In this document: positions 54,830 to 64,000 of the stretch, one piece after another
How the letters are laid out: each line of letters opens with the position of its first letter
Position numbering within the stretch: position 1 is the first letter of the stretch
Assembly (NCBI GenBank): GCA_963834645.1
Contig: CAWICP010000018.1
Span: 2,534-66,533, forward strand
DNA: 64,000 nt
Source: an uncultured Acidobacteriota bacterium
Lineage (GTDB): Bacteria; Acidobacteriota; Vicinamibacteria; Vicinamibacterales; JAKQTR01
Direction: 5' to 3'
Translations under genes and position numbers: made by a program
Notes under the pieces: generated by a model
Database searches by the model: none
What the model was told of the DNA's origin: nothing
Seen by the model: the letters and a program-made list of their open reading frames with translations, nothing else

Positions 54830-55807
54830 CCGCGCACCTCCTCCCGCCCGCGCAGCCTCGGGTCGACGGCCAGCAGCGCCGCGTCCGACGCCAGCGCGCC
54901 GAGCGCGAGGAAGACCCCGCCCGCCGCCGCGCACCCCGCCACCAGGTACATGTCGCGCGATCGCAGGGCGTCGAACATCAGCCGCCCGAGGCCGGGCCAC
55001 GACGTCACGATCTCGACGACGAACGATCCGCTCAGCAGGTTGCCGAAGACGAGCCCGAAGACGGCCGCCACGCTCCGCAGCGAGGGTTTCAGCACGTGGC
55101 GCCACAGCACCCGGCCCGGCGGCACGCCTCGCGCGGCGGCGGCGGCGACAAACCGCTCGCTCCATCGTCTCGGCGGTCGCCTGCGACTGGAGCCGCTCGA
55201 TCGTGGCGCCAAGCGGCAGGGCGATGGCCAGCGTCGGCAGGATCATGTGCCGGGCGATGTCGGCGGCCGCCTCCAGCCAGCCGCGCGCCGCGGCCGCGTC
55301 GGCCGACGTCATGCCTCCGGTCGGGAGCCATCCGGTGCGCGCCGCCACCAGCACCAGGACGAGCGAACTGACAAGCGTCGGCATCGAGACGGCCGCGACT
55401 GACGCGGCGCGGATCGCGCCCGGCACGATCCCGTGCCGGCTGCCCGACACGACGCCGAGGGGCACGCCCGCCAGCAGCGCCAGCGCGAGTGCGGCCACGG
55501 CCAGCAGCAGGGTGTTGCCCGCCCGCTCCGCCACCAGGCCCGCCACCGGCCGCCCGTACATGAGCGACGTGCCGAAATCCAGGCGCGCGGCGCGCGAGAG
55601 CCACGCGCCGTACTGCGCGAGGATCGGGCGGTCCAGGCCGAGCCGGGCCCGCTCGGCCTCGATCGACCGGGCGGTGGCGCCCGTGCCGACCTGCTCCGAG
55701 GTGATGTCGCCCGGCGCGGCGAAGGTGAGCAGCATCGCCGCCGACGACACGACGGCCACGAGCAGCACCGAGAACGCGAGTCGCCTGGCGAGGTATCTCA
55801 GCATCAC
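54826..55807 (-). CDS. ABC transporter permease, DppB/OppB-like; one frame break near ~55165
   Basis: MMLRYLARRLAFSVLLVAVVSSAAMLLTFAAPGD...LGLDRPILAQYGAWL..., then FVAAAAARGVPPGRVLWRHVLKPSL...SFVVEIVTSWPGLG. Confidence 0.8.
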
Positions 55808-55904
55808 AGGCCCTGGAGCGACGCCCGCCGTATTCTTGCACGCTTTGGGACGCGTACCTCACGCGCGGCGGCCGCGGCGCCGATAAACACCCCGGTAGTT
55901 CTGC

Positions 55905-57710
55905 ATGCGACAGGTGTCTCCGGTTCCGGTCCGCTCGGCGATTGTCGGCGTGCTCACGCGCGACACGCTGGTCCTGCTCTATCTGGCCGCTCGTCGTCAC
56001 CGAGGCGCTCCTCTACTCGCTGCCGATGCTCGATCCCGGGACGCTGACGGCCTTCGGCGCCTCGCCGTTCCAGATCCCGTTTGTCACGACGGTCGCCCTG
56101 GCCGGCTTCTACGGGCTGGAGCGCGTCCAGGACGCGGGAGGAGCGGCTCTTCTGGAGGACCCTGGCATACGCCTGCGTCTTCTGGCTGGCCACGCTGGTG
56201 GCGATCGCGCTCGTGCCCGCTGCCCAGTGGCGGTGGGTGGACGATGTCTGGGTCGACGCGGCGTATCTCTTCTTCTACTCGCCGATCCTGTTCGCCGCCG
56301 AGTGCAAGCCGCACCTCGCCAATCTCGGGCCCAGGCGCGACGTGGAGCGCCAGTTGCGCTGGGCTGGCGTGACGATTCTGGTGTCCGGCTGGTTCCTGTA
56401 CTTCGTCGTCGCGCCCGCGGTGGCGGACCCGGCGTTTTTCGGCACGATGCTGCCGTCGGCCCTGCTCTTCGTGACGCTCGATGCCGCGATTGTCGCCCGG
56501 TTCGTCTGGCGCGCGTACTCGAGCGGGTCGACCCGGTGGCGGGTGCTCTACGGCGCGATCGCCCTCGCGGGCGCGTCGCTGCTCCTGACCGACACGTTCG
56601 ACGCGCTCGAAGGGCTGGGGTGGCGCGCGCTGCCCGACGGCGCGATGACCGACCTGCTCTGGGCCATCCCGCCGTTCTTCCTGCTGCTGGCGTTCCGCCT
56701 GCGCGAGGCCGACCTGCCGAGAACGGTGGATGCCGCGACGGGCGAGCGGGCCGCCTCCTCGGGGCTGGATCCCGTGCGCGTGGGCAGCTTCCTGGTGGCC
56801 AGCGCGTTCAGCTTCCCGCTGGTGCACTTCGCCCTGCATTCGTGGCTGACCTACAGCCCGCGCCTGGTGATTTACCAGCGTCTCATCGTCGTGGCCGCGC
56901 TGGTCGCGCTCGGCGCGCTCGCGGTGGCCGCGTTCCTCTACCTCGAGCGCCAGCGCGTGGCCGCCGAGCGCCGCCGCACGGCGCTCGAGGACCGCCTGCA
57001 GCGCGCGCGGGCCCTCGAAGCCGTCAGCCGCGTGGCGGGCGTGGTGGCCGACGAGTACCGCGCCACGCTCAAGGGCGTCGGCGGGTTCGTCGATCGCGCC
57101 ATCGACAGCCTCGGGGCCGGCGACCCGCTGCGCGACGACGCCGCGCGGGCCGCCGAGCACGTGCAGCGCGCCATGGAGTTCTCGCACGGCCTGCGGGCCA
57201 TCAGCCGGCAGCAGCGCGGCCGCCCCGCCCGGATCGACATCGGCGAGGCCGTCTCGGACCTGATGCCGGAGCTGCGCCATGCGCTCGGGCCGAAGGTGCT
57301 GCTCGAGCACGTGCCGGCGCGCGAGGCGTGCGTCGCCATGATCGATCCGTCCCACCTGCGCGTGGTGCTGCTCGATCTGGCCACCAACGCGCGCGACGCG
57401 ATGCCGGACGGCGGGCGCTGCCGCCTCGAGATGGGCGTGGTCGATCTCGATCCCGACGCCGCGATGGAGCTGGCCGCGCAGCCCGGCCGCTATGCGCGGC
57501 TGATCGTGCGCGACAGCGGCGCGGGCATCCCGAACGACGTGCTGCCGCACCTGTTCGAGCCGTTCTTCTCGACCAAGGGCAGCGCCGGCGGCAGCGCCGG
57601 CCTCGGCCTGGCGACGCTGTACGCGCTGGTGAGCCAGTACGGCGGGTGCGTCACCGTGACGAGCGAGCCGGGCGACACGGCGTTCGAGATCCTGCTGCCT
57701 CGCCGACTGA
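55905..57710 (+). CDS. Membrane-bound histidine-kinase-like protein lacking the H-box histidine; frame breaks near ~55985 and ~56140
   Basis: About 8 TM segments. The DHp-like stretch is ALEAVSRVAGVVADEYRATLKGV, with Asp where the His is expected. N box LLDLATNARDAMPDGG, G1 VRDSGAGIP, F box FEPFFSTK, G2 GLGLATLYALV. TGA 57708-57710 lies one frame step away. Confidence 0.7.
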
Positions 57711-57771
57711 CGTCCTGCCCTCGCACTTCGCCAACGGCCTCGCGGCCGGCTTCGGCGCGGCAGGCTTCGTC

Positions 57772-59940
<2,169 letters not shown>

Positions 59941-60086
59941 CGTCAGACTCCTTGGGGTGGCGAGACTCGACTGCACATCGACTGCCTGATCGAACCACAA
60001 TGCTCGGGGGCGAGTCCAGCGGCTGATCTGCGGCGGGCCCGTTCTTCTGTAGAATGCTCCCTCGTGCACCCTCAGAGACTCCGCGG

Positions 60087-61465
60087 ATGAGCGATCGCGC
60101 ACCTGATCTCCCCCGCACCCTCACGTTCCGCGACCTCCTCCTCTTCAAGCTCGTCGCCATCGTCAACGTCAGCCTCCTCACGCCCTCGGCGGGCCTGGGG
60201 CGGTCCGCCCTGTGGCTCTGGGTGGTGGCGTTCGCGCTCTTCTTCATCCCCGAAGTCGTGGCCGTGCTGGCGCTCTCGAAGCGGTATCCCGAGGAAGGCG
60301 GCCTCTACACGTGGGCGAACCGCCAGTTCGGGCCCACGCACGGGTTCATCTCGGGCTGGTCCTACTGGACCGGCAACCTGTTCTACTTCCCGATGCAGTT
60401 GGTCTACCTGGCCGGCGTGATCGCCTACGCCGCGCGCGGCGCCGACAGCCAGTCTGGTCGACGACAAGACGTTCGTGGCGGCGGTGGCCTTCGGCTGGCT
60501 CGCTCTCGTGACCGCCGTCAACGTCGTGGGGCTGGGCGTCGGCAAGTGGCTGCCGAATGTCGGCGCCGTGTGCACGGCCTTCACGGCGATGCTCATCGCC
60601 AGCGCGGGCGTGGTGGCATGGCAATCCGGGGCGTCTGCGCCGGCGCGGCCCGACCTGCCCGCGGCCGGCGAGATCTTCTCGGGCCTCAGCGTCATGTGCT
60701 TCGCGTTCATGGGCGTGGAGCTGGCCTCGACGATGGGGAGCGAGATCAAGAACCCCCGGCGCGACCTGCCGCGCGCCGCGATGGCGGCCGGCGCGCTCAC
60801 GCTGACCATCTACGTGTCGGTCACCTGGGCGCTGCAGCAGCTGCTGCCGCCGGGCGACATCGGCGTCATCGAGGGCATCATCCAGGGCGTGGACCTGGGC
60901 GTGCGGCGCCTGGGCCTCGAGCTGGCTCGCGACGCCGCTCGCCATCGTGATGGCCGTGTCGCTCGCGGGCGGCCTGGCGGCCTGGTACGCCGGGTCGACG
61001 CGCATCCCGTTCGTCGCCGGCTTCAACCACGCGCTGCCGGCGGCGCTCGGCCGCGTCCATCCCCGGTGGGGCTCGCCGTGGGTGGCGCTGCTGACGCAGG
61101 GCGCGCTCACGGTCGCGTTCATCGCGGCGACCATGTGGGGCTCGAGCGTGCGCGAGGGCTACCAGGTGCTGCTCGATCGTCGGTCATCACCACGCTCGTC
61201 CCGTTCGGCTACATGTTCGTCGGCCTCGTCAGCCTGAAGGACGAGCCGGCGTGGAAGCGCGCGGCCGGCGTCGTGGGGCTGGTCGTGAGCGTGGCGGGCC
61301 TGATTGCGGCCTTCGTGCCGGGCGGCGACGTGACGAACGTGGAGTGGTACTTCGCGAAGTTGCTGGCCGGGTCGCTGCTGCCGCTTGCGGTGGGCCTGCT
61401 GTTCTTCGCGCGCGCCCGGCGCCGGGCGCGTCAGGCCGCTCCCCTCGCAGACAGGCTCACGCTAG
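60087..61465 (+). CDS. APC superfamily amino acid permease; about four frame breaks, 3' end uncertain
   Basis: MSDRAPDLPRTLTFRDLLLFKLVAIVNVSLL...RYPEEGGLYTWANRQFGPTHGFISGWSYW..., FAFMGVELASTMGSEIKNPRRDLPRA..., RIPFVAGFNHALPAALGRVHPRWGSP... Confidence 0.75.
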
Positions 61466-61599
61466 CCGCGCGGCGGGTTCAGTCTGCCCACAGGGCCGGG
61501 AGATCCAATCGATCTCGTCGAACGCGATCGGCACGGCGATCTGCGACTGCGGCGCCAGGCGATGCGTCGCAATCGGCAGCGGCCGTACTCCGAGCCGGC

Positions 61600-62125
61600 C
61601 GGGCTGAACCCGGCTTCCGCGAAATGGCGGTCGAACGCGAAGGCGCGGGAGATCCCGCGCCGGCGCATCACGTCGAAGCTCACCGCATCGACGAGGCTCA
61701 GGTCACGCGGCTCGCCGCGATGATGGCGCGATCGCCAGTCGGGCGCGTCGCGGCCGATGAACTCGACCGCCGCATCGGGAGCAATCGTCGGCCAGCACGC
61801 GGACCGCCGCCTGGCCCAGACGCCGCTGCGCGAGGGCGTACGTTTCCACCAGCACGTAGTTCGGAGGTGAAGTTCGGGCTCGTCGCAGGATCCACCAGCC
61901 TCCCGGCCCGCCAAGGCCATCGTCGTACGGCCCGCCCACCTTCCGCCGAGCACCGATCCGGCCCGAACATGCCGCATCGCCGGCCGCGGCGAGGCAGTGC
62001 ACTTCGTCGCGATCGACGAGCTCTCGGCGCACAGAGCCATCGTCGCGGCAGCTTCACCGAGGCGGAATCGACAGCGCGTCGGCGCTGGGCGATCGACACG
62101 GCGGCGACCTCGTCGAGGCACGCGA
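61600..62125 (-). pseudogene. PIN-domain (VapC-like) toxin remnant, heavily frame-broken
   Basis: Pieces appear in three frames: NYVLVETYALAQRRLGQAAVRVLADD, VEFIGRDAPDW, and DLSLVDAVSFDVMRRRGISRAFAFDRHFAEAGF. The last is the typical C-terminal acidic-residue block of this PIN subfamily. Confidence 0.45.
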
Positions 62126-62327
62126 CGGCATCATGACATCGTCGCCGCACGAGGGACGTGCGCAGATCAGCTCGATCACGGCGAACGCGGAACGGTCGCG
62201 CAGGACGTCGGGGTCGGTCATGCCGTGCCGCAGGCAGTCGTCACTGCGCGCGGACTGCCAGGCCTAGGACATCAGCCTGCGCGTTCCAGGGAATTGATCA
62301 GCATGCGGTGCGACGGGCTCTGCGGCG

Positions 62328-64000
62328 CTAGCGTGACACGGTCCACCGATCGATGTCCGCGTCTCGCAGAGCAGATCGGGCGGGCGGACGGGCGCGGGCG
62401 GTTGCCTTGGCGATGCGCGCCGGCGCGTCCGCCAGTTCGGCACAGGACGTGCGCGCGCGGCACGGGCGCCTCCAGTGGCATGAGGCACGCCATGGATCGT
62501 CGTCGACCGTCCAGCAGGCTGCGCGTCGCAGACGCATGCTGCGCGGCCCGCGCGTGCTCGTGGCCACGTACACGCGCGGCACGGCGAAGTAGATGACCGG
62601 CAGGTTCTGCGCGAGCAGTTTCTGCACCTCGAGGAAGAGCTGGCGTCGCCGGCTCTGGTTGCGGTCGGCGGCCATCGTGCCCATCAGCGTGTCGATCTGC
62701 TTCTCCCACGGCGTGGCCGGCACCGCCTGCTCCATGTGCCACACGTGGGCGCCGCCCGAGCTGAGCCAGAAGTCCATGTTCATCGCCGGGTCGGTGTCGG
62801 TGGTGAGGAAGCGGAAGTAGAGGGCGTCGTAGTCGCCCTTCGTCATGCGGTCGACGAGCGCGCCCACTTCGAGCGGCACCACGTCGACGGCGAGGCCCAC
62901 CTTCTTCAGCTCGTCGCGGATGAAGGCCGCGCCTTTCTCGAGCGCCGTGTTGCCTTTCTGCGTGACGAGCGAGAACCGCGCCGGCGCGCCCGCGGCGTCC
63001 TCGAGCATGCCGTCGCCATTCGCGTCGCGCAGGCCGAGGCCCGCGAGCAGCACGCGCGCGCGGCCCATGTCGTAGGCCTCGCGGTCGATCGCGCCGTCGG
63101 GCGCGAACCAGGTCGTGTTGGACGGGGTGATCGGCCCCCACTGCGGCTCGGCCGCGCCGAGGAACACCTCGTCGGCGAACGCCCGCCGGTTCACGGCGTG
63201 CGAGACCGCGCGGCGCAATTCCACGCGCGAGAGCCACGGCCGGCCGTCGTGCGCCTTCGCGCCGGGCTTCAGGTTGAACCAGAACGCGTCGGCGTCGAAG
63301 GCCAGGCCCGCGTCCACCAGGCGCAGCTTCCCGGCCGCCGCCTCGCGTTTGAGCGCGGCGTAGTCGTCGGGCCGGATCTCGCTCTGGGTGAGATCGGCCT
63401 GCCCCGACTGCAGGCGCAGCAGTTCGGCGTTCTGATCGGGCGTGATGTCGAGCGTGAGGCGGTCGAGATACGGCAACGGCGCGCCCGCCGCGTCCCTGCG
63501 CCAGTACTTCGGGTTGCGCGCCAGGACGATGCGCTGGCCGGGCTGGTACGACTGGATCACGAACGGCCCGAGGCCCACGATGTCGGCCGGCGGCGTGGCA
63601 GGGCCCCACTGCTGGCGGAGCGTGCCGGCCTTGAAGGCCGCATCCAGCTTGTGTTTCGGGAGGATCGGCAGCGAGTCGAGCAGGCGCAGGCCCGGGCCGA
63701 ACACCGACGGGAAGGTGAGCACGACTGTGTGCGCGTCGGGCGCCGTCACGGCGATCGGCTTGCCGCCGACGAGCAGCGCGTCGCCGAGCGGGCTGCCCGT
63801 CTTCTCGTCGTACGCCGCCTGGAACGAGAACACGACGTCGGCCGAGGTGAAGGGCGCGCCGTCGGAGAAGGTGACGCCGCGGCGCAGTTTCAGCGTGCAC
63901 GCCAGCGCGTCGGTCGAGCAGGTGTACGACTCGGCCAGCCAGGGCTCGAGCTGCTGCGTGGCGCGGTTGATGCGGACCAGGCGCGCCTGGGTGAGGCCGA
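62328..64000 (-). CDS. ABC transporter substrate-binding protein, family 5 (peptide/nickel type); 5' end off-window, 3' end blurred by a frame break near ~62560
   Basis: ...LTQARLVRINRATQQLEPWLAESYTCS...GVTFSDGAPFTSADVVFSFQAAYDEKTGSPL...GLGPFVIQSYQPGQRIVLARNPKYWRRD...LDRLTLDITPDQNAELLRLQSGQADL...WFNLKPG. Confidence 0.8.
   Translation of the reverse strand, partial: GLTQARLVRINRATQQLEPWLAESYTCSTDALACTLKLRRGVTFSDGAPFTSADVVFSFQAAYDEKTGSPLGDALLVGGKPIAVTAPDAHTVVLTFPSVFGPGLRLLDSLPILPKHKLDAAFKAGTLRQQWGPATPPADIVGLGPFVIQSYQPGQRIVLARNPKYWRRDAAGAPLPYLDRLTLDITPDQNAELLRLQSGQADLTQSEIRPDDYAALKREAAAGKLRLVDAGLAFDADAFWFNLKPGAKAHDGRPWLSRVELRRAVSHAVNRRAFADEVFLGAAEPQWGPITPSNTTWFAPDGAIDREAYDMGRARVLLAGLGLRDANGDGMLEDAAGAPARFSLVTQKGNTALEKGAAFIRDELKKVGLAVDVVPLEVGALVDRMTKGDYDALYFRFLTTDTDPAMNMDFWLSSGGAHVWHMEQAVPATPWEKQIDTLMGTMAADRNQSRRRQLFLEVQKLLAQNLPVIYFAVPRVYVATSTRGPRSMRLRRAACWTVDDDPWRASCHWRRPCRARTSCAELADAPARIAKATARARPPARSALRDADIDRWTVSR

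Overview
Very GC-rich (roughly 70% by eye) bacterial chromosomal segment. The gene content looks Acidobacteriota-like (TonB receptor with a carboxypeptidase-regulatory domain, double DUF1080 next to a Tat-signal Gfo/Idh/MocA oxidoreductase, a PEGA protein, many secreted peptidases), but that is inference only. I reconstruct about 52 protein genes. I found no rRNA, tRNA, CRISPR array, integrase, transposase or phage genes. Layout: 1-7.4 kb (minus strand) holds a glycosidase fragment, an e(P4) acid phosphatase, a poly-Cys 4Fe-4S protein, ornithine cyclodeaminase, two tandem CotH-like units, a VTC-domain protein and DUF4956. 7.6-14.8 kb holds DUF362, a large DxDGDG-repeat secreted protein, an alginate-lyase-family protein, a double-DUF1080 protein and Gfo/Idh/MocA. 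14.8-21 kb holds a ParB-N/GHKL-like fusion, obg-nadD-rsfS-comF, tmk and lysA. 21-25.5 kb holds an ECF sigma / STAS / small ORF / radical SAM / PAS-PP2C cluster. The rest holds lpxC, uvrA, a xanthine-dehydrogenase-type Mo enzyme, a PEGA protein, a GT-C-like membrane protein, a pilin-like protein, three APC permeases, an IPT/NHL propeller, HNH, NlpC/P60, HExxH proteins, a matrixin, mtgA, a class-V aminotransferase, a DapA-family lyase, a TonB receptor, a CBM9/DUF5916 protein, two ABC permeases, an H-box-less kinase-like protein, prolyl oligopeptidase, a degraded PIN toxin and a family-5 SBP that runs off the 3' end. Major caveat: the sequence carries on the order of 80 single-base frame breaks, including in obg, uvrA, lysA, tmk, nadD and rsfS. 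The six-frame track therefore splits or falsely fuses many genes. Coordinates below are reconstructed gene spans, with frame breaks noted. Most interesting observations: the sigma/STAS/radical-SAM/PP2C cluster that lacks an anti-sigma kinase; the DUF4956-VTC-CotH-like module with an oddly truncated tandem unit; a heptanucleotide repeat family (GCCAGAA/GACAGAA) that forms both a MITE-like intergenic element and the in-frame linker of a fused 2Fe-2S/FAD subunit; and a shared long palindromic element at two intergenic sites.
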